58,208 nt of DNA from Alphaproteobacteria bacterium (GCA_031402515.1 JANNSK010000093.1:1-58208), one strand, 5' to 3'. Positions 28,449-38,732 are shown, counted from the first letter of the stretch. Program-made: numbers and translations. Notes: generated from the letters alone by a model not told the origin.

Positions 28449-29721
28449 TTACATCAACGCATTCACCGACATCTGCTTACCTTGCGGCAAACCAGCTTGT
28501 GCCTGCACCGTCTTCACCGAAGCGACTGCTAGTCGATGATTCGGAATATCCGAATCAATCAACGAAGCGAAGCTGGTGCTTGCTTCGATGGGCGAGGCAT
28601 CGGTGCGGCCAGCTCGCACTCGGGTCTGCCGGTCGATGTCGTCGAGTACCTGCTCATTTGTATAGTGTGACTTTATGCCAACAACGCCATAGTCGATATG
28701 GGTGCCGCCCGCTTTTGCGAATTTGGTCAACGCATCGATTAATTTAATGGCCGCCTTCTCTGATTCTTTTGCTGTATCCCAAGAATGAATGGTAAATGGC
28801 ACGGTGAGTTGCACCATTTCACTCCCCCTTACCGGTATTTCGGCAGTCATTTCGAGATGTTTATCCGCATACTGGCGGAAATACCATCGTACTTGCCGTT
28901 CGTTGGTTTTTACCGGCCCAATGATTGTACCAAGCGGCTCTTCAAGCGCTTTCCACAACGCCCAGATAATTTGCCCAGCGTCCTGCTTATTGCTTTCCAG
29001 TTTGGGTACAGGATCGACTTTCGGTTTTTTATGCAGTCTACCAATCAGGACGGCGATGGTGTTACGCTCGCTGGGGGTTAGTCGTTCTGAAGGACGAATA
29101 AAACTAGTGTTATGGTCAGACGATACACTGAGTTGACTGGTACCTTCATAATGCATCCAGACTCCCTCAGACTTAATCTCATCCATGGGTATCATTTGCC
29201 CGGGCCCTTTTGGATGATGCACGAGACTGACCGGATTTCCCCATTGCTTCATCAACTCTTCGACTTTTCGCTGCTGTGGCGACGCGATATGGTGCTCACG
29301 TAATGCGTTATATTTTTCCCTGAGATACACAATGACGGGTTCCGTGCCGTCCGATGATGCGGAAACGAAAGGAACAAAATTGTAATCGGGCTGGATCGCA
29401 CGAATGTCCGCAATGAGTTGTCCGATTTTTTCGGCATACATGCGGGCGGGATATTCAGCGCCCACTTTAACCGTCACCGCCTCTCCCAACCCTTCGGATA
29501 GGCTAACGGTAAAAAAATAGTCCGTCGTTTTTCCCAATCCGGAATGTCCCTCAATCGGGCTTAACGTGTCCCTCAATCGGGCTTAACGTAAAGGCAGGCC
29601 CGTTGGTTTTAGCAGAAGTCGACCCTTTCGGCAGCGCGTCTTTTGCAGATTTGCTGCCCGATTCTCTTCCTTTCGCGCCTGCCGCTGGCCTAACACCGAC
29701 TCTGCTAACACTTCCAACCAT
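28449..29721 (-). pseudogene. orphan gene (416 aa if repaired) frameshifted by a 22-bp tandem duplication
   Basis: AGGAG-ATG at 29721 opens MVGSVSRVGVRP..AFTLSPIEGH; removing one copy of 29545-29588 joins it in frame to the 375-aa ORF. Confidence 0.8.
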
Positions 29722-29734
29722 GATATTCTCCTGA

Positions 29735-30484
29735 TTATGCTTTTGCGGTTACTGTTGTTGGCATTCGCTGCGGCACATTGGCCTGAGCCTGCGACGTTTC
29801 CACCGAGGCCACCGTCAATTGATAATTCGAGATATTCGAATCTATCAGAGCAGCAAAATTCTTTTTTTGTTCGGTAGGTGAAGCATCCAAAGATTGCCCG
29901 TGTTTTTCGCGCCATGCTTTCAGTTCAGGTGAAATTCTACCTAAGCGAATTTCTTCGACAGTTTCATCGAGTATCCACATGACCTCAAAACCATCTTCGC
30001 CGCTAAAGGATGGAACGCGGATATGTTCGCCGCCCGGTTTGCGCTGGGCATCACGAATATACTCAACGTTTTCAGCAATAACTTGTGCCATGGCATTGGT
30101 TATTGGTCCACCCACGCGCACGAGGCTGGGTGTCAATGAAGGTTCAGAGCGTATATCAGCACGTGGCGTCACCGTCACCATACCACCCATGGGGCGAAAC
30201 GCGAAGTTTGGTCCGCCCACGACATTGACATCGGCGTGCATGATTCCTGCTGCATCTTCACCATAAAATGTGGCCGGAAAGCGCTTGGCGCTTTCGAGCA
30301 TAAACGCCACATCGTGTTTTTGGTTGGCATCTAAATTAGACGATGTATCAAGCAACTTCTGTTCGATGGCCGTTAGCCCGCGATTGTTACCTACCTGTTT
30401 CAACGCATCCATGTTCGAGGCGCCGCGTCTGCCTGCTTTTGCAACGGGACCTCGTCCACCCATTTTGCCAATGCCACCACCCAT
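29735..30484 (-). CDS. orphan protein, 249 aa, sharing N- and C-terminal modules with the downstream gene
   Basis: AAGGA RBS; C-terminal DASP..FAALIDSNISNYQLTVASVETSQAQA. Confidence 0.78.
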   Translation of the reverse strand: MGGGIGKMGGRGPVAKAGRRGASNMDALKQVGNNRGLTAIEQKLLDTSSNLDANQKHDVAFMLESAKRFPATFYGEDAAGIMHADVNVVGGPNFAFRPMGGMVTVTPRADIRSEPSLTPSLVRVGGPITNAMAQVIAENVEYIRDAQRKPGGEHIRVPSFSGEDGFEVMWILDETVEEIRLGRISPELKAWREKHGQSLDASPTEQKKNFAALIDSNISNYQLTVASVETSQAQANVPQRMPTTVTAKA

Positions 30485-30555
30485 GTTGATTCCTTAATAA
30501 TATGAAGGTTGGTTCCTAATGGAACCCGCTTTAGCAGACTCTTTTATTAATGTGT

Positions 30556-30573
30556 ATGAAGATTTTATGACAA
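30556..30573 (-). promoter_or_regulatory. PhoB/OmpR-type box TTGTCAT-AAAA-TCTTCAT
   Basis: 71 nt before ATG 30484. Confidence 0.72.
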
Positions 30574-30656
30574 TTGAGGGGAGATATAGGGTTTAGAGAA
30601 TTAAGACCGCAGGCCACTATACCCTACCCCCCTAAATCCTATACCCTTAATTTCAC

Positions 30657-30810
30657 TTGCCTTCCACGCTAAAAACCCCTAGATACCCGGTCCCCGCCAT
30701 AAGGTGGGGATCGCACGCAGATTAAGGGCTACTGGGGAGTTCCCAGTTACCCGCCGGTGTGGGGCGAAGCCCCACTATCATCTGCGGAGGTTTAACCGGA
30801 CTTAAGGAGT
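30657..30810 (+). promoter_or_regulatory. rpsB promoter and structured 5' leader
   Basis: TTGCCT-17-TAGATA; leader CGCAGAT...ATCTGCG-GAGG-TTTAACC with internal hairpins, like S2 autoregulatory leaders. Confidence 0.65.
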
Positions 30811-30817
30811 TTATACC

Positions 30818-31843
30818 ATGACGTCAGCACTTCCTGACTTTTCAATGCGCGAGCTGATTGATGCTGGCGTTCATTTCGGCCACAAAACCAAACGTTGGAA
30901 CCCGCGCATGGCGCCGTTTATCTACGGCACGCGCAATGACATCCATATCATCGACCTCCAGCAAACCGTACCCATGCTGCACCGCGCCTTGACCGCCGTG
31001 CGCAATACGGTGGCTAAAAACGGTCGTATCCTGTTCGTCGGTACCAAACGCCAAGCGTCGGACGAAATCGCCGAGTCGGCAAAACGTTGCGGACAATATT
31101 ATGTCAACAACCGTTGGCTGGGCGGGATGCTCACCAACTGGTCAACGATCCAAAACTCGATCCGCCAGTTACGCAAATACGAGGAAATCATCGCCGAAGG
31201 CGAAACCGGCCTCAAAAAGAAAGAGTTGCTGAAAATCCAGCGCTATCGCGATAAGCTCGACCGTTCACTCGGCGGGATCAGGGATATGGGTGGCAAGCCG
31301 GACTTGCTGTTCGTCATCGACACCAACCGCGAGGACATCGCGGTGAAGGAAGCCCGCAAGTTGGGAATCCCCATCGTCGCCATCATCGACACCAACTGCA
31401 CGGTGGATGGCATCGATTTCCCAATTCCGGGTAACGACGACGCCACCCGCGCCATCAAGCTCTATTGCAAACTGATTTCCGACGCGGCGCTTTCCGGCCT
31501 GCGCGAAAATCTCAACGTGTCCGAGAAGGATTTCGCCAAGGACAAACCTGCTGAGCACGTCGAAGGCGAAACCGCAGAAGGTATGACTGAGCGCCAGAAG
31601 GAAGAAGAATTGGCCCGCCAATCGCGTCGTGCGGCACCTTCGGATAAACGTCCAGGCCGTGGCGGCAGCAGACAGGCAAGACCAGCTAAAGCCGCGCCTG
31701 CAACTTCGACCAAAAAAGAAGCTTTTGCCGAGGAAGCTAAAAAGGCTGCCAAGGCGAAGCAGGACGAGGAAGCTGCCGAGCCCACAACAGATGCCGAGGG
31801 CGAAAGCAAAGAAAAGAAGCCCCGCGCTAAAAAGACAGCTTAA
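30818..31843 (+). CDS. rpsB: 30S ribosomal protein S2 with long charged C-terminal extension
   Basis: [23 protein letters not shown]. Confidence 0.98.
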   Translation: MTSALPDFSMRELIDAGVHFGHKTKRWNPRMAPFIYGTRNDIHIIDLQQTVPMLHRALTAVRNTVAKNGRILFVGTKRQASDEIAESAKRCGQYYVNNRWLGGMLTNWSTIQNSIRQLRKYEEIIAEGETGLKKKELLKIQRYRDKLDRSLGGIRDMGGKPDLLFVIDTNREDIAVKEARKLGIPIVAIIDTNCTVDGIDFPIPGNDDATRAIKLYCKLISDAALSGLRENLNVSEKDFAKDKPAEHVEGETAEGMTERQKEEELARQSRRAAPSDKRPGRGGSRQARPAKAAPATSTKKEAFAEEAKKAAKAKQDEEAAEPTTDAEGESKEKKPRAKKTA

Positions 31844-31852
31844 TTAGGGATT

Positions 31853-31910
31853 AGTTGTTGGTTGTTAGTTGTTGGTTCTCCAACAACCAATACCCAACAA
31901 CCAACAACGA
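31853..31910. repeat. inverted heptamer array (GTTGTTG/CAACAAC)
   Basis: agttgttggttgttagttgttggtt ... caacaaccaatacccaacaaccaacaac. Confidence 0.75.
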
Positions 31911-31924
31911 ATAGGAGAGTCTTA

Positions 31925-32845
31925 ATGTCCGCGAATCTCATTAAAGAACTACGCGAGCGCTCCGGCGCCGGGATGATGGATTGCAAAAAAGCCATCGACG
32001 AAGCCAAGGGCGATATGGAAGCCGCCATCGACTGGTTGCGTAAAAAAGGCCTGGCCTCGGCGGCGAAAAAAGCCGGCCGCACGGCGGCGGAAGGCCTCGT
32101 TGCCGTTTACCAGAAAGGCAAAGAAGCCGCGATCGTCGAGTTCAACTCGGAGACGGATTTCGTCGCGCGCAATGAAAAGTTCCAGCAACTTTCTGCAGCG
32201 TTCGCTGAATATGCGCTGAAAGCCGAAGGCGAAATCGACAAGCTGAAAGCCTTCACCTGCAGCATCTTCAAAAAGCCGGTGTCGGAAGTGGTGACGGAAG
32301 CCATCGCCACCATCGGCGAAAACCTGCATCTGCGCCGTTCGGCCAAACTGTCGGTAAAAGAAGGTGTCGTTGCGACGTATGTGCATAGCGCGATTGCGCC
32401 CGGCCTCGGTAAAATAGGCGTGCTTGTTGCGCTGGAATCGACCGGCAAAGCGGAAGTGCTCGAAGCGCTGGGCAAACAAATCGCCATGCATGTCGCCGCC
32501 GCCAAACCAGAAGCGATCAGCCGCGAAACGGTGGATGCCACCAAGCTCGAACGTGAACGCAAAGTATTGGTCGATCAGGCCATCGCCTCGGGCAAACCGC
32601 CGGAAGTCGCCGAGAAAATGGTCGAAGGCCGCATCCGCAAATTCTACGAAGAAGTCGTATTGCCGGAGCAGCTCTTCGTCATGGACGGCAAAACCAAAAT
32701 TTCCGATGTGATTAAAGCCGCGGAAAAAGACGCCGGTGCGCCGATTAAACTCGTCGCCTTCGAGCGTTTCGCCCTCGGCGAAGGCATCGAAAAAGAGGAA
32801 ACCGACTTCGCCGCCGAAGTCGCCAAAACGGCAGGCGCCGCTTAG
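31925..32845 (+). CDS. tsf: elongation factor Ts
   Basis: KELRERSGAGMMDCKKA, NSETDFVA; AGGAG RBS. Confidence 0.98.
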   Translation: MSANLIKELRERSGAGMMDCKKAIDEAKGDMEAAIDWLRKKGLASAAKKAGRTAAEGLVAVYQKGKEAAIVEFNSETDFVARNEKFQQLSAAFAEYALKAEGEIDKLKAFTCSIFKKPVSEVVTEAIATIGENLHLRRSAKLSVKEGVVATYVHSAIAPGLGKIGVLVALESTGKAEVLEALGKQIAMHVAAAKPEAISRETVDATKLERERKVLVDQAIASGKPPEVAEKMVEGRIRKFYEEVVLPEQLFVMDGKTKISDVIKAAEKDAGAPIKLVAFERFALGEGIEKEETDFAAEVAKTAGAA

Positions 32846-32897
32846 GTTAGCGTCATTGCGGGGACACTTATAGGCGTAAGCAGGCCAGCCCCAGATG

Positions 32898-32967
32898 CCG
32901 TCATGCTCGCATTTATTGCGAGCATCCACTCCGAGCTGGATCCTCGCGACGAGCGCGAGGATGACGG
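32898..32967. repeat. REP/RPE-like palindrome downstream of tsf
   Basis: CCGTCATGCTCGC..GCGAGCATCCA ... TGGATCCTCGCG..CGCGAGGATGACGG. Confidence 0.7.
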
Positions 32968-33006
32968 AGTTCTGTTTATGCCTGAAGGCTTGCAATGACG
33001 GTATCT

Positions 33007-33393
33007 ATGTTGAAGCATTTTTTACTTACATTGACATTCCTCTCCCTCGCGGCCTGCGCGACGGTGACGGCGGAGCCGGATCAGGAGATTTCGGTGATAA
33101 CAACGCCGCCGGGCGCCACCTGTGCCTTGCAGAATAACGACGGCACATGGACCATCAACCCTACGCCCGGCTCAGTACGGGTGAAACGTAGTTTCAGCAC
33201 CTTGGCGATTTATTGCAGCGCGTCGGATGGCGGTTCGGGCAGCGCGATGCTGGAGCCGCAAACCCGCGCACGCGCCTTCGGTAATCTGCTGATGCTCGGC
33301 CTGCCCGCCACCGTCGATGCCGCGACCGGCGATGGTTATGAGTATAAGCCCGCCGCAGCCACTATCGCCCTCGAAGGCAAATCGGCGTTTTAG
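33007..33393 (+). CDS. putative lipoprotein (PEGA-like)
   Basis: Lipobox LAAC; TPPGATC, GNLL, VDAATG. Confidence 0.8.
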   Translation: MLKHFLLTLTFLSLAACATVTAEPDQEISVITTPPGATCALQNNDGTWTINPTPGSVRVKRSFSTLAIYCSASDGGSGSAMLEPQTRARAFGNLLMLGLPATVDAATGDGYEYKPAAATIALEGKSAF

Positions 33394-33398
33394 GAGAC

Positions 33399-33470
33399 GT
33401 GACAGGTGACAGGTGACAGGTGACAAGTGGCAGACATTCTTTGTCACTTGCCATCTGTCACCTGTCACCA
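33399..33470. repeat. inverted heptamer array (GTGACAG)n/(CTGTCAC)n
   Basis: gtgacaggtgacaggtgacaggtgacaagtggcag ... ttgtcacttgccatctgtcacctgtcacc. Confidence 0.85.
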
Positions 33471-33585
33471 CTTAATTCTTAAAAACCCCTTGTATTTTCG
33501 TACGGTAGAAGTAGTTATGGCCTGCCCTCCGAAGCGAAGCTTTTTAGCTTCGCGTAGGACGGGCGAAACCAGCTAGGAATACGCC

Positions 33586-34335
33586 ATGGTCACCAAACTC
33601 GCCGCTAAACCCCACGCCAAGCCCAAGTATAAACGGGTATTAATCAAGGTTTCCGGCGAGGCGCTGATGGGGAGTCATCCTTACGGGCAGGACCTCGAGA
33701 CCATCCAGCGCATTTGCGAGGACATCAAGCAAGTCAATGAAATGGGCGTGGAGCTGTGCGTCGTTGTCGGCGGCGGAAATATCTTCCGCGGCATCCAGGG
33801 CGCCGCGGCCGGTATGGAGCGCTCCAGCGCCGATTATATGGGCATGCTGGCGACAATTTTGAACGCGCTGGCCATCCAGAACATCCTCGAGCAACTGAAC
33901 GTGCAGACGCGTGTAGTTTCCGCCATCGAAATGCAGCAGGTATGCGAGCCGTATATCCGCCGCCGCGCCATCCGCCATCTCGAGAAGGGCCGCGTGGTGA
34001 TTTTTGCCGGCGGCATCGGCAATCCGTATTTCACCACCGACACCACGGCGGCGCTACGTGCTTCGGAAATGCATTGCGACGCGCTGCTCAAAGGCACGCA
34101 GGTGGATGGTGTTTACGATTCCGACCCCAAGAAAAATCCGAAGGCTGCGCGCTTCGAGACGCTCAGCTACCACGATGTGCTCAGCAAGGATTTAAAGGTG
34201 ATGGACGCGGCGGCGATTTCACTCGCGCGCGAAAACCATATCCCGATTCTGGTCTTCTCCATCGCCGAGGACGGCGCATTTGCTCGCGTTCTGGCCGGAG
34301 AAGGAAAATTTACGGTTATTACTGACAAAACGTGA
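33586..34335 (+). CDS. pyrH: uridylate kinase
   Basis: [24 protein letters not shown]. Confidence 0.98.
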   Translation: MVTKLAAKPHAKPKYKRVLIKVSGEALMGSHPYGQDLETIQRICEDIKQVNEMGVELCVVVGGGNIFRGIQGAAAGMERSSADYMGMLATILNALAIQNILEQLNVQTRVVSAIEMQQVCEPYIRRRAIRHLEKGRVVIFAGGIGNPYFTTDTTAALRASEMHCDALLKGTQVDGVYDSDPKKNPKAARFETLSYHDVLSKDLKVMDAAAISLARENHIPILVFSIAEDGAFARVLAGEGKFTVITDKT

Positions 34336-34360
34336 CAGGTGTCACCGCTTAGGAGTTTTT

Positions 34361-34897
34361 ATGGCATTCGAAGACCTCACCAAAAGAATGGATGGTGCCA
34401 CCGCCACGCTGCAGAAGGAATTCTCCAGCCTGCGCACCGGCCGGGCTTCGCCCAATATGCTCGATAACGTGCAGATTGAGGCGTATGGCAGCATGATGCA
34501 TATGAATCAGGTCGGTAACGTAACCGTGCCCGAGCCGCGCCTGCTCAACGTGAACGTGTGGGATAAATCGATGATTAAAGCCGTGGAAAAAGCCATCCGT
34601 GAATATGATGCGTCGCTGAACCCGATGGCGGACGGACAAATTATCCGCGTATCGATTCCAGCACCGTCGGAGGAGCGCCGCAAAGAAATGGTTAAAACCG
34701 CGCATAAATATGCGGAAGGCGCCAAAGTCGCCGTACGCAATGTGCGCCGCGATGGCATGGACGCGCTGAAAGCTGGCAAGCTGCCAGAAGATGAGCAACG
34801 CAAACAATCCGACCAGATCCAGAAATTCACCGACGACCATATCAAAAGAATTGACGATCTGCTCGCGTCCAAAGAAAAAGACATCATGAGCGTGTGA
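34361..34897 (+). CDS. frr: ribosome recycling factor
   Basis: LRTGRASP, EERRKE, VRNVRRD; AGGAG RBS. Confidence 0.97.
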   Translation: MAFEDLTKRMDGATATLQKEFSSLRTGRASPNMLDNVQIEAYGSMMHMNQVGNVTVPEPRLLNVNVWDKSMIKAVEKAIREYDASLNPMADGQIIRVSIPAPSEERRKEMVKTAHKYAEGAKVAVRNVRRDGMDALKAGKLPEDEQRKQSDQIQKFTDDHIKRIDDLLASKEKDIMSV

Positions 34898-35646
34898 TGT
34901 CCCTTGCCGTACAGGCAATTTCCGATAGCGAAGCGGCCCCATTGCCCGCCCATATTGCCATTATCATGGACGGTAACGGCCGCTGGGCAACGGAACGCGG
35001 CGTGGCGCGGCTGCGTGGTCATAATGAAGGGGCGGAAACGCTCCGCACATTGCTGGAATGCTGTCAGGATCGCCCGTTCATTCGTTATCTCACGCTCTAT
35101 GCATTCTCGACGGAAAACTGGAATCGCTCACCCGATGAAGTGAGTGATTTGATGAATCTTCTGCGCCATTATGTGAAACGCGAAGCAAAAAATCTTCACG
35201 AAAAAGGCATCCGCTTGCGTTTTATCGGCCAGCGAACAACGCTGGCAACAGATATCCAGCGCGACCTTGCTGACGTCGAAACGATGACTAAAGGCAATAC
35301 GCGCCTCACCGTAACAATCGCGCTATCTTATGGCGCGCGGCAGGAATTGGTCGAAGCGCTACGGACGATCGCTGAGAAGGTGAAATCAGGATTGCTCGAT
35401 TCCAGTAGCATCAACGAATCACTCATCGAACAACATTTGAACACGGCGGGCCTGCCTGACCCAGACTTGCTCATCCGTACTGGCGGCGATGAGCGACTGT
35501 CGAATTTTTTGCTCTGGCAATCCGCCTACACGGAACTTTATTTCACTGAAACTCTCTGGCCAGATTTTGCATCGCAACATCTTGATGAAGCCATCAGTTG
35601 CTACCAAAGCCGCGAACGCCGTTTCGGCAGAAGGAAGGAAGTATGA
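34897..35646 (+). CDS. uppS: undecaprenyl diphosphate synthase
   Basis: HIAIIMDGNGRWA, YAFSTENW, RLSNFLLWQ. Confidence 0.97.
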   Translation: MSLAVQAISDSEAAPLPAHIAIIMDGNGRWATERGVARLRGHNEGAETLRTLLECCQDRPFIRYLTLYAFSTENWNRSPDEVSDLMNLLRHYVKREAKNLHEKGIRLRFIGQRTTLATDIQRDLADVETMTKGNTRLTVTIALSYGARQELVEALRTIAEKVKSGLLDSSSINESLIEQHLNTAGLPDPDLLIRTGGDERLSNFLLWQSAYTELYFTETLWPDFASQHLDEAISCYQSRERRFGRRKEV

Positions 35647-36287
35647 ATCAAGCACTCGTCTGGCAGGATCTGCCCAAACGCACCATCAGCGCCACGGTAC
35701 TCGGCATAGCGGTGCTGTTCATCACCTGGTGGGACCCGGTGAGTTTCGACATCCTGCTGCTGCTTGGCGCGTTTCTACTGCTTTGCGAATGGATGGTGCT
35801 GACGCGCACGCGCCACACGCTTTTTATTCCAATTGGTGTGTTTTATATCGGATTTGCCTGCTACAGCCTCGCCCTCATCCGCCATATTTATGGCTGGGAG
35901 GCAACGTTTCTACTGTTTGCATTGGTATGGGTGGGCGATATAGCCGCCTATCTCGTGGGCAAACGTTTCGGTAAACGCAAACTAACCCCCACCCTTAGTC
36001 CCGGAAAAACATGGGAAGGGTTGATAGCCAGTATCGTGGCAACGGCCACACTCAGTGTCTGGGCGTTTTCGATCAACCTGCATTTTGAAACCGTCTTCGA
36101 CAGCATCCTTATCGGCGTGATGTTCGCGCTGGTCGGATTGGCAGGCGATTTGTTCGAGTCATCACTGAAGCGCAAAGCGGGCGTTAAAAATAGTGGCGAC
36201 CTCATTCCCGGTCATGGCGGATTGTTCGACCGGGTCGATGCACTATTACCCTGCACCATCCTCGCCGCCCTCATACTGTTTTACTGA
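35643..36287 (+). CDS. cdsA: phosphatidate cytidylyltransferase
   Basis: SPGKTWEG, GDLFESSLKR, PGHGGLFDRVD. Confidence 0.96.
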   Translation: MNQALVWQDLPKRTISATVLGIAVLFITWWDPVSFDILLLLGAFLLLCEWMVLTRTRHTLFIPIGVFYIGFACYSLALIRHIYGWEATFLLFALVWVGDIAAYLVGKRFGKRKLTPTLSPGKTWEGLIASIVATATLSVWAFSINLHFETVFDSILIGVMFALVGLAGDLFESSLKRKAGVKNSGDLIPGHGGLFDRVDALLPCTILAALILFY

Positions 36288-36288
36288 G

Positions 36289-37479
36289 ATGCCACGTACT
36301 GCACGCCCCACACCTGTTCCCGCGACAAAGCGCCGCCGCATCACCGTCCTCGGCGCGACAGGATCGATTGGCGACAGCACGCTGAACGTACTCGACCAGC
36401 ATCTTGAGCAATTTGAAATCGTTGCACTCACCGCACAGGACAATGCAGAAAAACTCATTACCCTGGCCCGTAAATACCACCCCCAACTGGTGGCAATCGG
36501 CAATGAAACACATTTTCGTACCGTGAAGACTGCGTTGGCCAATACAAACATCCATGTAGTGGCTGGCAGTACAGGTATTGAGGAAGCGGCCAGCCTTGCC
36601 GCCGATCTCTCCGTTTGCGCTATCGTCGGTGCGGCGGGACTGTTACCCACACTCCGCGCCATCGAACAAGGCAATGCCGTTGCCATCGCCAATAAAGAAA
36701 CACTGGTTTGCGCCGGTGAGTTGGTGATGCAGGCCCGCATGAAAAGTGGCGCCAAGCTGCTGCCGATTGATTCCGAGCATAACGCTATTTTTCAGGTATT
36801 CGCCAGCGAGCATCGCGTGGCGGTCGAGAAAATAACCCTTACCGCTTCCGGCGGACCGTTTTTGACACGATCACTTGATACGCTCCACACGGTAACCCCG
36901 GAAGAAGCCACCGCGCATCCACGTTGGAATATGGGACAAAAAGTCTCGGTTGATTCGGCGACGATGATGAATAAAGGCCTTGAACTCATCGAGGCGCATT
37001 ATTTATTTGCGATGGCGCCGGAGCAACTCGACGTGCTGGTTCACCCAGAATCCATCGTCCATTCGCTGGTGCATTATGCCGACGGTTCCGTCCTCGCTCA
37101 ACTCGGCATGCCGGATATGCGCATTCCGATTGGCTACGTATTGAGTTGGCCAAACCGCCTGAAGCTCGACACGCCACGACTGAACCTCGCCAAATTGGGC
37201 GCGTTGCATTTTGCGCAACCCGACACACAACGCTTCCCGGCCCTGCGCTTGGCCCGCGAAGCATTAATGGCGGGACCTGCTCATATGATTGCGCTGAACG
37301 CGGCGAACGAGGTGGCCGTCGCGCGGTTTCTGAAAAAAGAAATCCCCTTTCCTGCCATCGCCGCCAAGGTCGCCCGCGTGCTTGAAGCAACACACACTAT
37401 TTCCATTCATTCCATTGCCGATGTGCTAGAAGCGGATAAAGTAGCGCGCGAACTAGCTAAGAACGGAGCAAGCTCATAG
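36289..37479 (+). CDS. dxr: 1-deoxy-D-xylulose 5-phosphate reductoisomerase
   Basis: LGATGSIG, ANKETLV, PIDSEH, TASGGPF. Confidence 0.97.
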   Translation: MPRTARPTPVPATKRRRITVLGATGSIGDSTLNVLDQHLEQFEIVALTAQDNAEKLITLARKYHPQLVAIGNETHFRTVKTALANTNIHVVAGSTGIEEAASLAADLSVCAIVGAAGLLPTLRAIEQGNAVAIANKETLVCAGELVMQARMKSGAKLLPIDSEHNAIFQVFASEHRVAVEKITLTASGGPFLTRSLDTLHTVTPEEATAHPRWNMGQKVSVDSATMMNKGLELIEAHYLFAMAPEQLDVLVHPESIVHSLVHYADGSVLAQLGMPDMRIPIGYVLSWPNRLKLDTPRLNLAKLGALHFAQPDTQRFPALRLAREALMAGPAHMIALNAANEVAVARFLKKEIPFPAIAAKVARVLEATHTISIHSIADVLEADKVARELAKNGASS

Positions 37480-37481
37480 TT

Positions 37482-38606
37482 ATGGATCAAATTTTATCTC
37501 TCCTCCACACGGTGCTATCGTTTGCACTAGTTATCAGTGTCATCGTGTTTGTGCACGAATTCGGGCATTATTTTGTGGCGCGGCTATGCGGCGTACGTGT
37601 CGAGGTGTTTTCTATTGGTTTCGGGCGCGAATTATTCGGCTTCACCGACAAAGCCGGAACACGTTGGAAAATCGCTGTGCTGCCGCTCGGTGGCTATGTC
37701 AAAATGTTTGGCGATGCGGGAGCCGCCAGTACGCCAGATGCCGACCGGCTCAAATCCATGACGAAAGCTGAAAAGAAAGTGAGCTTCCACTTCAAGCCGT
37801 TATGGGCGAAGTCGGCCATCGTGGTAGCTGGACCGGCGTTCAATTTTCTGCTGGCGATTGTTGTTTTCACCTGGTTTGTCATGACGATAGGAATTACATC
37901 AACCGAGCCCGTCATCGGCAAAATACTGCCTGATACGCCTGCCGCATGGGCTGGCCTTAAGCCCGGCGACCGCATCCTTGCGGTTGAGGGAAAAGAGATA
38001 AAAACATTCACTGACATCACCAATCAGGTGATTATTAATCTCGGTACCCCCCTCGCCTTTGAAATCGAGCGCAATGGCAGAACCATCACCCGCCGCATCA
38101 CGCCAACGATGGTGACGGAGAAGGATGAATTCGGCAATACCATCAAGCGTCCGCTCATCGGCATGAAAAGTAACAAAATTGTCTACGAAGAAGCCGACCT
38201 CGCCTCCGCTGTATGGTTCGCCACCGCGCGCACTTACGATATGTGCCGCACCTCGCTTCAAGTGCTTGGGCAAATGATTGCAGGCGATCGCAGTACCGAA
38301 GGTTTAAAAGGCCCGCTCGGCATCGCCAAGCTGTCCGGTGAAGTCACCGAACAGGGCGACACATTCAGCGAAACCTTGCGGCTATTTTTCTGGTTCGTCG
38401 CGCTGCTGTCGGTGAATCTCGGCATGGTGAACCTGTTTCCCATCCCTATGCTGGATGGTGGGCATTTGATGTTCTACGTGCTCGAAGCTCTGCGCGGCCG
38501 CCCGCTGGCCGAACGATTCCAGGAATATAGCTACCGCTTCGGGCTGGTCTTCATCGTCGGGCTGATGGCGTTCAGTTTGTTTAATGACGTGAAGCAGATG
38601 TTTTAA
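37482..38606 (+). CDS. rseP: RIP metalloprotease
   Basis: HEFGH, PDZ domain, NLFPIPMLDGG. Confidence 0.96.
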   Translation: MDQILSLLHTVLSFALVISVIVFVHEFGHYFVARLCGVRVEVFSIGFGRELFGFTDKAGTRWKIAVLPLGGYVKMFGDAGAASTPDADRLKSMTKAEKKVSFHFKPLWAKSAIVVAGPAFNFLLAIVVFTWFVMTIGITSTEPVIGKILPDTPAAWAGLKPGDRILAVEGKEIKTFTDITNQVIINLGTPLAFEIERNGRTITRRITPTMVTEKDEFGNTIKRPLIGMKSNKIVYEEADLASAVWFATARTYDMCRTSLQVLGQMIAGDRSTEGLKGPLGIAKLSGEVTEQGDTFSETLRLFFWFVALLSVNLGMVNLFPIPMLDGGHLMFYVLEALRGRPLAERFQEYSYRFGLVFIVGLMAFSLFNDVKQMF

Positions 38607-38609
38607 ATA

Positions 38610-38691
38610 AAGTGACAGGTGGCAGGTGACAAGTGACAGGTGTCACGGCTGTTTTTTTACTTGTCACCTGCCACCTGTCACTTGCCACTTT
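38610..38691. repeat. inverted heptamer array (GTGACAG family)
   Basis: Same unit as 33399-33470; minimal copy at 34332-34346. Confidence 0.85.
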
Positions 38692-38732
38692 ATTCTTGAT
38701 TTTCCTCCCGATTTAGCGCTACTTGGCCGGTT

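Noticed and set aside
31500-31843. Long charged tail of S2 as a secretion signal
   Set aside because: Low-complexity S2 extensions are common in alphaproteobacteria and it lacks the RPxG..RP pattern.
31949-32995. 348-aa antisense ORF over tsf and similar shadow ORFs
   Set aside because: Mirror frames of codon-biased genes with no recognisable motifs.
33399-38691. GTGACAG arrays as additional Pho-like boxes
   Set aside because: They contain the TGTCAC half-site but with 7-bp, not 11-bp, periodicity and an inverted layout.
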